The position numbers were made by a program, and so were the translations under genes. This document shows, one piece after another, positions 51,556 through 64,000 of a DNA stretch of 64,000 nt. The notes below the pieces were generated by a model. The model searched no databases, had not been told where the DNA came from, and worked only from the letters and a program-made list of their open reading frames with translations. Each line of letters begins with the position of its first letter. The first letter of the stretch is position 1. The stretch is from Mobula hypostoma (lineage: Eukaryota), in NCBI RefSeq assembly GCF_963921235.1, contig NC_086097.1, forward strand, positions 47,122,001 to 47,186,000. The letters run 5' to 3'.

Positions 51556-52794
51556 CTATTGTAGATGACAAGAGTCATGCTGAGGATACGTTCTGTAAGG
51601 AAATAGAAATAGCTTAAATGAGTCAACAAAAGATGTGACAGCTGTTGCGTAACATCAAGTCTCAAGTTATTCATTGGTAGGATGAGAAGAAATGTATAAT
51701 ACTGTTTTAAATGGTGAGAGACTAGAATACAGCTGTAGAGTGTGATCCAGATGTCTTTGTGCATTGTACAATGTTAGCATTCAGATACTGCAATTAATTA
51801 TGAAGGCAAATTCTTTATCGCATGAAGGATGGAGCACAAAAGTAGTGAAGTCTTGCTACAACAGGGTTGGCTTTGGATTGCTGTCAACAGTTTTAGTTTC
51901 CATATTTAAGGAGGGAGGTACTGTAATTCACAAAGTTTATTAGCTTGATTCCTGAAATGTGGGGTTGACTTTTGAGGAGTTGTTCAGTATGTGACTTATA
52001 CTCTATAGTTAGAAGGGTGAGAGGATATTTTATTGAAGCACCCACGACTATTTCTTATGTTTGTTTAAAATAATCTATACTCGCAGCTTTGACCTAGATT
52101 TCGTTATAATACAGATGAAAACATCAGTGGTCCCTGTTATTACCAAGAAAATCTAATAGTATGTTCAAATAGCTTCCTATGCACCATTTAACGCAGTTTT
52201 CAGAAATTCCTGCCAGAGAAGGCCTTATTCCTCCACTTGGTGTATTGTAAACAATCGTCTCCAATAATCTCCACTATGATGGCGTGAACTTGGATAGTGA
52301 ACTTTTGGTTATGCTATTCCTTAAAGATAGCTGAAAACATTATGGCTGCTCATATGTGATAATTGCCTTTGAGAAATTTCTCTGGCCTTATGATTATCTT
52401 CCATGTACGGTAATCATGCTTTAAGAAAAATATAAATGTAGATTTTTGATGTTTTTAAAAGCTTCTCCATCTTTTCTGTCATTTAAATGTAACTTATTTG
52501 ATGTTTTTGCATTTTCTCAATTGGACTCTTCAACAGATTCTTCAATCTGATTGGTTGACGAGTCCTGCTGCTGTTTGTTTTCTCCTGCAGAGGGCATCAT
52601 TCTGAAAAGACACCACATTTAGAAAGCTCTGACAAATTCTGGAAAATGCTGTAGGCAACTTTCAGCAAGTGAGTGACAAGCAAAAAAACTTTGAAAGTAA
52701 AATTCAGTCAGTTACATACTTCAAAATAAATTTTTTATAAAATTGCAGGAAATATTCAAGCCACACAGATTGAGGTGTAACAAAGTAAGAGATC

Positions 52795-52933
52795 ACCTGT
52801 AAGGAGTTTGTATGTCTTCATTGTGACCATGTGAGTTTCCTCCAAGTGCTCCAGTTTTCTCCCACTGTTCAAAGACGTTCCAGTTGGTAGATTAATTGGT
52901 CATTATAAACTGTCCCTTGATTAGGCTAGGGTT
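52795..52933 (+). mobile_element. Partial V-SINE/HE1-like SINE
   Basis: ctgtaaggagtttgtatgt...gtgctccagttttctcccac core. Confidence 0.7.
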
Positions 52934-53735
52934 CAGAATCAGAATCAGGTTTATTATCATTGGCATGTGATGTGAAATTTGTTAACTTAGTATCAGCAGT
53001 TCAATGCAATACGTAATCTAGCAGAGAGAAATAAAATAAAATAGTAATTAATAAACAAGTAAATCAATTACAGTATACATTGAATAGATTTTAACAAGTG
53101 CAAAAAACAGAAATACTGTATTTTTTAAAAAGTGAAGTAGTGTCCAAGGATTCAATGTCCATTTAGGAATCGGATGGCAGAGGGGAAGAAGTTGTTCCTG
53201 AATCATTGAGTGTGTGCCTTCAGGCTTCTGTACCGCCTACCTGATGGTAACAGTGAGAAAAGGGCATGCCCTGGGTGCTAGAGGTCCTTAATAATGGATG
53301 CTGCCTTTCTGAGACACCGCTCCCTGAAGATGTCCTGGGTACTTTGTAGGCTAGTACCCAAGATGGAGCTGACTAGATTTACAACCCTCTGCAGCTTCTT
53401 TCGGTCCTGTGCGGTAGCTCCCCCGCCCCACCCCCCCATATCAGACTGATGCGGCCTGTCACAGCGCTCTCCACAGTACAACTATAGAAGTTTTTGAGTG
53501 TATTTGTTGACATACCAAATCTCTTCAAACTCCTAATAAAGTATAGCCGCTGTCTTGGCTTCTTTATAACTACATCAATGTGTTGGGACCAGGTTAGGTC
53601 CTCAGAGATCTTGACACTCAGGAACTTGAAACTGCTCACTCTCTCCACTTCTGATCACCCTATGAAGATTGGTATGTGTTCCTTTGTCTTACCCTTCCTG
53701 AAGTCCACAATCAGTTCTTTGTTCTTACTGATGTT
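52934..53735 (-). mobile_element. Rex-type LINE 3' part, same subfamily as 28511-30078
   Basis: Very similar 3' UTR and ORF end; (TCTGA)n tail. Confidence 0.9.
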
Positions 53736-53836
53736 GCTGGTGGTGCAGCTAGAAGGGCCAACTACACCCTGTATCACAATAAATAAATTTCAAATTGAAA
53801 GTAATAACTATTTCACCACAGTTGCTATCTGGCCAG

Positions 53837-53940
53837 CTGAAGGGTCTCGGCCTGAAACGTCGACTGAAACTCTTCCAATAGATGCTGCCTGGCCTGCTGC
53901 GTTTACCAGCAACTTTGATGTGTGTTGCTTGAACATTTCT
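53837..53940 (+). repeat. Penelope-like terminal fragment
   Basis: GAAGGGTCTCGGCCTGAAACGTCGACTG...gatgctgcctggcctgctgcg... Confidence 0.65.
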
Positions 53941-55067
53941 AATATTTAGATTTTATTTTGAATTAGAAGAATTAGCAATCCTTGCATTTCTGCAATATCC
54001 AATATTCCCTTCACCAATCACAAAAAGTTATTAGACAATTGTGGCAAATCATTAAGAGGGCAGATGGTACATTGGCATTTGTTACAAAGGCATTGGAGTT
54101 TAGGAGTAGGGAAATTCTACAATTTTTCCACGTCCTGATGAGGCTATACATGGAGTATTGTGCATAGTTTTTATCCCCTAAGAGAGGACACAGTAACATT
54201 GGAGGCAATCCAAAACTGATTCAGCAGGCTATTCCTGGGATAGGAGATCCCCCTACCAAAGGGGCTAAACAGGTTAGAGTGTAATTTTAACAGTCTAGCA
54301 GAAAAAGGGTGATCTTACTGAAAAGTGCAAGAGGGCCCAATGGGATAGATGTTGAGATGTTTTGACTAGTGGGAGGATTTCAAACAAGGAGATGCAACTT
54401 CAAGAAGACACAAGACTGCAGATACTGGAATCTGAAACAAAAAATAAAATGCTGGAGAAACTTAACAGGTCAGGCGGACTTAGAAGGGAAGTGGACAGTC
54501 AACATTTTCCATCTGGACTGTCCAAATGAAGGGTCTCAAACAAAAACGTCAACTGATCATTTCCATCCACAGATGATGCTTAATGTATAATTTCACGCTG
54601 AGGAACCAGTCATTTAAACTGAGATTTGTGAACAATTCTTTTTGCACAAGGTATTGAATCCCTAGAATTTCCTTCCCTAGAGATGCCAAGGCTAGTTCAT
54701 TAGAAGTATTTAAAATGAAGCTTGACTGGAAAACCAAGCTTGAGTGGCCAGTTGACATTCTTGCTGCTACTTCATTGTGTTGTAATAGGTTTAATTGTTT
54801 CTTCTCTTTATTCAGATTTTCAAAATTCATCAATTTAGTGTGCAATCTCAGATTTAATTTCTCCCGTAGATTCCTTTTCAAAGGAAAGGATTAATTACAC
54901 AGCCATTTGGGATTAAAATACAAATACACAGGCAAGAGAAAAAGACCTATTTCTTTTGTAAATTCTTTACATAGTTCAAGTGCAGTGTTTTAAATCACTT
55001 CATGGACTGAGACAATATTTGGGTCAATTGTGGAGTAGAAGTTCGGGAAAAAAATTAGGTTGTTGTA

Positions 55068-56684
55068 CAGTGGCATGCAAAAGTTTGGGCACCCCTGGTC
55101 AAAATTTCTGTTACTGCGAACAGCTAAGGGAGTAAAAGATGATCAGATTTCCAAAAGGCATAAAGTTAAAGATGACACATTTCTTTAATATTTTACGCAA
55201 GATTACTTTTTTATTTCCATCTTTTACAGTTTCAAATAAAAAAAAAAGGAAAAGGGTCCAAGGCAAATGTTTGGGCACCCTACATGGTCAGTACTTAGTA
55301 ACACCCCCTTTGGCACGTATCACAGCTTGTAAATGCTTTCTGTAGCCAGATAAGAGTCTTTCACTTCTTGTTTGGGGGATTTTTGCCCATTCTTCCTTGC
55401 AAAAGGCTTCTAGTTCTGTGACATTCTTGGGCTATCTTGCATGCGCTGCTCTTTTGAGGTCTATCCACAGATTTTCGATGATATTTAGGTTGGGGGACTG
55501 TGAGGGCCATGGCAAAACCTTCAGCTTGCACCTCTTGAGGTAGTCCATTTTGAGGTGTGTTTAGGATCATTAACCTGTTGTAGAAGCTATCCTCTTTTCA
55601 TCTTCAGCTTTTTTTACAAATGATGTGGTGATTGCTTCCAGAATTTGCTGGTATTTAATTGAATTCATTCTTCTCTCTACCAGTGAAATGTTCCCCGTGC
55701 CACTGGCTGCAACATAAGCCCAAAGCATGATCGATCCACCCCCATTCTTAACAGTTGGAGAGGTGTTCTTTTCATCAAATTCTGCGCCCTTTTTTCTCCA
55801 AACATACCTTTGCTCATTGTGGCCAAAAAGTTCTATTTTAACTTCATCAGGCCACAGGACTTGTTTCCAAAATGCATCAGGCTTGTTTAGATGTTCCTTT
55901 GCAAACTTCTGACGCTGAATTTTGTGATGAGGATGCAGGAAAGGTTTTCTTCTGATGACTCTTCCATGAAGGTCATATTTGTGCAGGTGTCGCTACACAG
56001 TAGAACGGTGCACCGCCACTCCAGAGTCTGCTAAATCTTCCTGAAGGTCTTTTGCAGTCAAACAGAGGTTTTGATTTGCCTTTCTAGCAATCCTACGAGC
56101 AGTTCTTTTGGAAAGTTTTCTTGGTCTTCCAGACCTCAACTTGACCTCCACCGCTCCTGTTAACTGCCATTTCTTAATTACATTATGAACTGAGGAAACG
56201 GCTACCTGAAAATGCTTTGCTATCTTCTTACAGCCTTCTCCTGCTTTGTGGGCATCATTTATTTTAATTTTCAGAGTGCTAGGCAGCTACTTAGAGGAGC
56301 CCATGGTTGCTGATTGTTGGGACAAGGTTTGAGGAGTCAGGGTATTTATAAAGCTTTGAAATTCGTATCACCTGGCCTTTCCTAATGATGACAGTGAACA
56401 AGCCATAGCCCTAACAAACTAATCAAGGTCTGAGACCTTGGTAAAAGTCATCTGAGAGCTCAAATCTCTTGCGGTGCCCAAACTTTTGCGTTGTGCTCCT
56501 TTCCCTTTTTTCACTCTAAAATAGTACAAAACAAAAATAATACACTAATCATGCTTAAAATGTTGAAAAGAATGTTTCATCTTTAACTTTATGACTTTTG
56601 GAGATCAATGCATCTTCTACTCACTTAACTATTCACAGTAACAGAAATTTTGACCGAGGTGCCCAAACTTTTTGCAAGCTACTG
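55068..56684 (-). mobile_element. Tc1-like DNA transposon, full length, inactivated
   Basis: TA|CAGTGGCATGCAAAAGTTTGGGCACC ... GGTGCCCAAACTTTTTGCAAGCTACTG|TA; long TIRs with internal direct repeats; PTVKNGGGSIMLWA remnant. Confidence 0.92.
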
Positions 56685-57502
56685 TAGCTATTTAAAAGAA
56701 TAAACTGTCAACCAGCTGGAGAGTGTCAGATTATCATGCTCCATCTATTTATGACAAGCCAAAGAACAGAATTTCAGACTGGTATAGCACATCAGGAGGT
56801 TATTTGGTCCGCTCTTTCTGTGTTGGGTCAGTGGTCCTGCGCATCCACTCACATGGCATTGCACCTAGGGTTTTCTTAAATCTATGAATTCTGTTTTACT
56901 GAGACATTTCTGCAAATAACTCATTTGTTACTTAGAATTTTTATTGTCATTTTTAAAGATATGGTTCAAGATGTCTGAAAAATTTTTTTAAAATAATTAT
57001 ATTAAAGTAAACTTGAGTTGCTGGGGGATGGGAACCAGAGTGACAGACCATTTAGTGGAGAGGTTGTGGAGGCAGATGTTGGCAAGACCTCAGGTAAAGT
57101 TAGGAATCAAAAGGTTCAGCATGGTGCAACTAGTGTCCTCAGCTGTATACTTCAATGCAAGAAGTATCGTAGAAAAGGCCAATGAGCTCAAGGCATAGAT
57201 CAACACCTCGAATTATGGTATAGTAGCCATTCCTGAGGCTTGGTTGCAGAAGGGGTGGGACTGGCAGCTCAATGTTATGGGGTTCCATCATTTTAGATGT
57301 GACAAAGCAGGAGGGGTGGCTTACTAGTCAAGACAAAATGTCATGGCAATGCTCCATTAGAACAGACTGGAGAACTTGTCTAGTGAGGTGTTGTGGGCAG
57401 AACTGAGAAGGTATGGTATGGCCATGTTAATGGGATTATAGTCCAGAGACCACCCAACAGTCCTCAGGATTTCGAGGAACAAATTTGTGGAGATCACAGA
57501 CT

Positions 57503-57625
57503 AAGGATCTAGTACTTTACTGATGTATATGACAAATAAACTTCTTGGGCTTCCAACCGGGTACAAGTATTGATTATAACCTGATAATCGATACCTGTAC
57601 CCAGCTGGAAGCTCGAGAAGAATTT
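57503..57625. repeat. 123-bp hairpin-containing insertion
   Basis: 37-bp arms 57541-57577 and 57584-57620; flanking AGATCACAGACT / AGATCATGGACT. Confidence 0.75.
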
Positions 57626-58298
57626 AGATCATGGACTGTTGCAAAAAACATGAGGTTGTTATAGTAGGTGATTTTAGCATTCCACATAGTGATTGGGAAT
57701 CCCATACTGTAAAAGGACTAGATGGGATAGAGTTTGTCATCTGTGTTCAGGAAAACTTTCTTCCATCAGTATGTAGAAGTCCCGATGAGAGACCATGCGA
57801 TACTGGTTCTGCTATTAGGGAATGAGACAGGGCAGGTGACAAAAGTTTCTGTAGGGGAATACTTTGTATCTAGTGACCATAAGACCATTTGTTTCAAAGT
57901 AAATATGCAAAAAGGTATGTCTGGTCTGTGGGTTGAAATTCTAAATTGGAGTAAGGCCAATTCTGATGTCATCAGAAATGATCTGGCAAGTGTCGATTGG
58001 GACAGGCTGTTTTCTGACGAAGTAGAAGGCCTTCAAAAGTGAAATTTTAAGAGTACAAAACTTCTATGTGTCTGGCAGAATAAAAGGTAAAGTTGATGAG
58101 TGTAGGGAACCTCGTTTTTGAGAGATATTGAGGCCCTTGTTAAGAAAAAAAAAGGAGGTGCAGAGCAGGTATAGGCAGGTAGGAACAAATGAGGTGCTTA
58201 TGGAGTATAAGAAATGCGAGAGAATGCTTAAGAAATCAGAAGGGCTTAAAGAAGGCATGTGGTTGCTTTAGCAGACAAGGTGAAGGAAACTCCTAAGG

Positions 58299-60305
58299 CA
58301 GGGGTAGGCTACCTACGGCCTGCGGGCCAGATCCAGCCTGCGAAGGTATTTTGACCGGCCTGCGAGCAAATATTGGGATACTATGCTTATCTGGCCCAGG
58401 AGCGATTTTTCCTTATTCTGAGTGTTTCACACGACCACACTGGACATGCATAGTGCCTTGTTACACTGGCCCCAGGTTCGTTTTGTTCCAAACCAAATAC
58501 TGGTATATACAAATGACGGGAAGGCAGACTACCTTATTAATAAGTATTAGATACTTCCCATGCACGTGCATGTTTTCAGATGGGATCATTCAAATTTTTA
58601 AACAGGAACAGTGTCACTTTTAACGAGAAATCCAGGCTAAATATCCAGATGTTTACATGTGCTACGATACTTGTTGGATAACTCACGTTTCAAAATAAAA
58701 TTGAAGAAAAAAATTCCAATGGCAATGAATGGAAAAATGCAGGAAGGTGGACACTGAGTGCCGAAATTTCCAAGACACTTGGACATTAGATTACTTCTTC
58801 ATCGAGCAAGCTGGGAAACCAGTTTGTCTCATTTGCCTAGAAAATGTTGCAGTGAAAAAGGTGGCAAATATCAGGTGACATTATGAGACCTGCCACAGTG
58901 GAAAGTTTAACAGGTTTACTGGGCAAGCAAGTGTTACCTGTCCCGTGAGTATCTCGTGAGCATGATGTAATTGTCTAGTGATATTGGCATGATGTAAGTG
59001 TCGTGATAGTGGGGTGATGTGATGTCACAAGATGGCATGTTCCAACCAGTATAAAAGAGGAGACCGCAGTTTGTTGAGTAGTTGTTTTTGTTGGGGAGTC
59101 ACCGTCAGTGGTTATGTAATTGTGGAAGAAGAGAGAGGAAGAGTATGAAGAATTGCCAACTTCGTCTGAACCCAAGAAATCAATGGCGTTCTGTGATTGA
59201 CATTTGGTATGGTGTATACGGGTATTGTGGCACACACTTTTGGTTAACCCTTGCATGGTCTCAGGTGTTGCGTGGTGACCACCTCCGGCAAAAGATCGGC
59301 TACTGTGAGAAATCTTATTTTTCATGATCCCTTCGGACAAGGCATTTCTCGGCTGGGATCTGTGTCAGCAGTTTCATCTTTTCTTCATCGCTGGCTCAGG
59401 AAGTCTCTCCTCTCACTTATTTCATAAATCACTTGCACTCTTAGAACTACCATCTTAAGACTGTGTTTGAGTAAGATCTGTTAAGAATTGTCTTTAAGTT
59501 TGATAACTAAAGACGCATAACACTGTTAACTTCAGTTTAAGTTGGTCATTTGTTTATTCTATGTTTTTGAGTAGAGGTTAATAAATTTCGATGTTTATTT
59601 ATAAAAACCTGACTCAATTTCATATCTATTGCTGCTGGTGTGTAACACAAGGAAAGATGAAGTTGAGCAAATGAAGGCTAGTTTCGGGAAACAAACGTCA
59701 GTTTTTTTTTGCCAAGGAAAGCAGTGAAAATGAAGGAAATACCCATGCCAGCTATGAAGTCTCAAAGCATATTGCAGATAAGATGAAGCCTTTTACAGAT
59801 GGAGAGTTTGTCAAAGAATGTTTACTGTCTTCAAAAAGGAAACTGTGTACATTTTCCCACTTTGTCTTGCTCTTGGCATGAACAAGTCTGACACCCAATA
59901 TTGAGAAGCTTTCAAGCAACAAACAGCATCAAGTTTCACATTGATTTATCGACTGTTTGCATCAAAATTTTCTTTTTTATTATACTTAATTTACCACCAT
60001 TCAATGCATCATGTTCATACGTTTTATGTTTAAAGATTCTTTGTGTTCTTTTAATAGATTCAAAAGATGCCTTGATTGAAATAAATTGCAACTAAACTGA
60101 GTTCTTTGATTACTAATTGGCATCCTTGGTTAAGCACAAATGATTTTCTAGCATGTGTTATTCATTAATTTGAGGCAAAACATAACTAGATGTATTTAAA
60201 TGGATAATTCCCATATTTCAAGTTTTTAATGACATTTATCTGACCCACCGTCTGCTCATTAATACGCGATCCGGCCCACAGAGGCAAAAAGGTTGCCAAC
60301 CCCTG
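58299..60305 (+). mobile_element. hAT (Buster/Charlie/SPIN-like) transposon, internally deleted
   Basis: TIRs CAGGGGTAGGCTACCT / AGGTTGCCAACCCCTG; perfect 8-bp TSD TCCTAAGG; BED-finger remnant RKVDTECRNFQDTWTLDYFF...PVCLICLE...HYETCH and KPFTDGEFVKECLL. Confidence 0.92.
58932..59647 (+). mobile_element. Solo LTR (716 bp), Ty3/Gypsy-like or ERV
   Basis: TGTTAC...GTAACA ends; 4-bp TSD CAAG; TATAAAA at 59050; AATAAA at 59580. Confidence 0.88.
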
Positions 60306-61409
60306 TCCTAAGGGATTCTACAGATATATTAACAGCAGAAGGATTACAAGGGATAAAACTGGTCCTCTGGAAGACCAGAATGGAACTTAACCATGGAATT
60401 AAACCAAGTGTGGAGCCAAAACAGATGGAGGAGATCTTAAATTTTTTTTTGCATCTGTATTTACTCAGGAGACAGACATAGAATCTGTAGAAGTGAGGCA
60501 AATCAATATCAACTTCATGGACCCTGTACAGGTTAGAGAGGAGCAAGTGTTTACTATCCTAAGGCAAATCAGGGTGGATAAATCCCCACAGCCTTAGAAG
60601 GTGTTCTCTCAGGTGGCAAGTGCAGAAATTGCTGGGGTCCTAGCAGAGATACTAAATCATCCTTAGCAACAGGAGAGGTACCAGAGGACTGTAGGATAGC
60701 CAATGTTGATCCACTGTTTAAAAAAGGCTCTAAACATAAACCAGGAAATTACAGGCCGGTAAGTCTGACATCAGTTGTGGGAAAGTTATTGGAAGGTATT
60801 CTAAGGGATCGGATATAATAGTATTTGGATAGACGTGGACTGATTAAAGATAGTTGGCGTAGCTTCATGCATGGTAGGTCATGTCCAACCAATCTTATAG
60901 AGTTAGTTTGTGTAAGTTATCAGGAAAGTTGATGAAGACATGGCAGTGGTTGTTGTCAACATGCGCTTTGGAAAGGCATTTGACAACGTCCCACGTGGGA
61001 GACTGGTCAGAATGATTCAGTCACTCGGTATTCAGGATGAGGTAGTAAATTGAATATTGGCTTGGTGGAAAAAAACAAAGTCATAATAGATGGTTGCCTC
61101 TCTGACTGGAGGCCTATGACTAGGGGATTGTGCTGGGTCATTTGTTGTTTGTCATCTATGTCAATGATCTGGATGATAATGTGGTCAACTGGATCCGCAA
61201 ATTTGCAAATGACACCACGATTGGGGGTGTAGTGGACGGTGAGGAAGGCTTTTATATTGTGCAGAGGGATCTGTATCAGCTGGAAAAATGGGCTGAAAAG
61301 TGCCAAATGGAATTTAATGCAGACAGCGGCGAGCTTTTGCACTTTGATGGGACCAACCAAGGTAGGTCTTACACAGTGAATGATAGGGCACAGAGAAGTG
61401 TGGAAGAAC

Positions 61410-63169
61410 AAAAGAAAAAAATTGTGAACCATTTGCAGTTACCTGGTTTTCTGCATTAATTACTCATAAAATGTGGTCTGATCTTCATCTAGGTCAGAAT
61501 AATAGACAAACACAATCTGCTTAAATTAATAACACAAAACAATTGTACTTCTCATGTCTTTATTGAACATATTGTTCAATTGTTCACAGTCCAGGCTGGA
61601 AAAAGTTTGTGAGTCCTTGTAAGTGGTAGAAGCTCTTTTATCAGCAATAACCTTCATCGAATGTTTCCTGTAGCTGCTGATCAGGCTTGCATAATAGCAT
61701 GAAGGAATTTTAGACCATTCCTCCAAACAAAACTGTTTCAGTTCATCAATATTTCTGGATACTTTGCATGATTTGCCCGCTTCAGGTCATGCCACACCAT
61801 TTCAACTTGTTTAAGGTCTGGACTCTGACTTGGCTATTCGAAAGCACAAATTTTCTTTTTAAACTATTCTGTTGCTTATTTACTCTTTATGTTTCCGATC
61901 ATTGTCTTGTTGCATCATCCAACTTCTAATAAGCTTCACGTGATGGATTGCTACCCTGACATTCTCCTGTAAAATGTCTTGATACAATTTTGACTTCATT
62001 GTTCCCTCATTAACTGCAAGTTGTCCAGGCCCTGAGGCAGCAAAGCAGCCCAAAACCATGATGCTCCTTCTACCATGCTTCACAGTTGGGATGAGGTTTT
62101 GGTGTTGGTATGCAGTGCCCTTTTCCCTCCAAACTTAGCGGTGTGTATTTCTGCCAAAAAGTTCAACTTTTGTCTCATCTGTCCGGAGAACATTGTCCCA
62201 GAAGCATTGTGAAGCATCCAGGTGGTCTTTTGCAAATGTAAGACATGCAGCAATGTTTTGTTTTTGGAGAGCAGTGGTTTCCTCCATGGTGTCCTTCCAT
62301 GATCACCATTCTTGTTCAGTGTTTTCCTTATAGTAGGCACATGAACAGACAACAAATTCTAGAGATTTCTGCAGGTCTTTTGCCATTACTCTTGGGTTCT
62401 TTTCACCTCCTTCAGCATTGGATGTTGCATTCTTGGTGTGATCTTTGCAAGACACCCGCTCCTAGGAACAGTAGCAACAGTACTGAGTTTCCTCTATTTG
62501 TAGCCAATTTCTCTTACTGTGGACACTCAGGTCTTTAGGAATGTTTTTGGAGCCTTTCCCAGCTTCATGTGTCTTTAAACAACTTCTTTCAAGGTCCTCT
62601 AAAAGTTGTTTTGGTCAAGGCATGGTGCATATAAACAGATCTTTCTTGAGAAGAGCAGGCTCTGTCAGTAAGCTGACTTTGTTTGTCTTTTTCATAGGGC
62701 AGGCCACCTCTATAACCCACATCTATATACCTCCCATCTCATCTCATTAATAAGAACACCTGACTCCGAATAGCTTTTGTAGAAGGCATTAGTTAAGTCA
62801 AGTCAAGTCACTTTTTATTGTCATTTTGACCATAACTGCTGGTACAGTACACAGTAAAAATGAGACAATGTTTTTCAGGACCATGGTGCTACATGAACAA
62901 TACAAAAACTACACTGAACTACGTAAAAAAACAACACAAATCTGCACTAGACTACAGACCTACCCAGCACTTCATTGAACTTAGACTGTGATTGTTTAAA
63001 TGGTGTACTCAGTATTGACAAGGAGTACAATTGCTTGTGTGTTATTAGTTTAGGCAGATTGTTTTTGTCTATTACTGTGACTTAGATGAAGATCAGACCA
63101 TATTTAATGAGTAATTAATGCAGAAAACCAGGTAATTGTGAAGTGTTTACAAACTTTTTCTTGCAACTG
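61410..63169 (-). mobile_element. Tc1-like transposon, same family as 49095-50349, with a LINE 3' tail inserted at ~62792-62968
   Basis: Right end ...CTTTTTCTTGCAACTG|TA, left tip missing; KHGRRSIMVLGCFAASGPG...MQQDNDRKH; the insert has an (AAGTC)n tail. Confidence 0.88.
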
Positions 63170-63837
63170 TATATTCAAGAAGCAGAATTATAATTTAATT
63201 TCTCTATTGTTGGTACCTGTTCCTTGAGCTTTTCATGCCCTAGGCTTTGCAATTCTATTTCTTAAACCTCAGCGCCCCTTTATCTCATTTTTGCCTATTA
63301 ATTCAAAATCCTCGTTTGTCCAATCTTTTGGTTGTTTATCTTATTGTTACCCTTAAGTGAGCTGGTGTCAATTTTTTGGTTAGGTGACACTCCTGACAGT
63401 ACCTTGGAACAGTTTGCTATATTAAGTGACTTTGTTGCCTTCTCGCTATTAACATTTGGAAAAGAAATACAGTTAAAAGTATTTCCTTCAAATTATTTTA
63501 TTTTGAAACTAATCTCCAGCTAAGTGAATTTTCCAATTACAACATTTAAATGGAGTATTAATTATGAGCTCACGCAGTTCTACTGCATTAAAATATTAAA
63601 ACAATTTTTCCTAAAACTCTGTCATGTTAATGAAAAAGGTGACATTTTAATATGGAAGCCCCAGACTGTGTATAGCGATTAATTAATTTTTAATGACATA
63701 ATATCAGGAGAGGTTCCATAATCCAGTGTGAATTACAAAATAGATTCTTTGAAAACAAGAGCTCTGCTTTGTCATCATTTCCAAAAGATTCCAAGCCTTG
63801 CATTTGAATTATAAAATTGCAAATGTTATTATTCACT

Positions 63838-64000
63838 AAGAAAAGAAGATGGCGGCGCAACGCAGCGCGCGGCCGTTCCGAATGATATCGTATCTGTGAA
63901 GTAGGATGCCTTGCACAATCCGGATTTGATGGAGGCAGACATGAAGAAGCACGGAGGAACATCTGGAGTAACTTCTGAAATGCCTGCTTCACTGCCGCTG
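63838..64000 (+). mobile_element. Probable 5' end of a young retroelement, running off the window
   Basis: Abrupt switch to CpG-rich sequence starting with AAGATGGCGGC (YY1-type motif, 63846-63856). Confidence 0.4.

Larger units (their letters stand above)
57085..61408 (+). mobile_element. CR1 LINE ORF2 (endonuclease to RT), host to three insertions
   Basis: YFNARSIVEKANEL, VVIVGDFS and LFVIYVNDLD...IRKFANDTTIGG...QLEKWAEKCQMEFNA. Confidence 0.88.

Noticed and set aside
47303..64000. Exons of a downstream neighbour gene (CKB lies next to MARK3 in mammals)
   Set aside because: I found no creatine-kinase-like or other host coding sequence by eye; small exons could have been missed.
1..64000. 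CRISPR array or prokaryotic operon-type system
   Set aside because: Spliced vertebrate gene plus eukaryotic transposable elements; no regularly spaced repeat-spacer array was seen.

Overview
Vertebrate genomic DNA, AT-rich and repeat-dense. The repeat content (CR1, Rex/Babar-type LINEs, V-SINE/HE1-like SINEs, Penelope-like termini, Tc1, hAT) suggests a cartilaginous fish, probably a ray; that is an inference. The only host gene I can support is the 3' half of MARK3 (+ strand): spacer exons at 4781-8243, three small cassette exons (27, 80 and 45 nt) scattered over about 37 kb of intron, and the KA1-domain terminal exon 45830-46175. The main observation is the 80-nt exon (31897-31976), which has consensus splice sites and shifts the frame. 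Including it re-reads the 45-nt exon and the terminal exon in a second open frame, giving a KA1-less 66-aa tail (VSTDPSKQ...[23 protein letters not shown]...PGV*). That tail closely resembles, from memory, the C-terminus of human MARK4S, so this MARK3 appears to carry a MARK4-style S/L isoform switch with dual-coding exons. Other points of interest are degenerate hammerhead-ribozyme motifs in Penelope-like termini, a three-level nest (CR1 > hAT > solo LTR) with intact target-site duplications (TSDs), and a compound element bounded by two ~60-bp Tc1 MITEs. Repeat boundaries without a stated TSD or terminal inverted repeat (TIR) are approximate. All protein and family comparisons are from memory, not from database searches.
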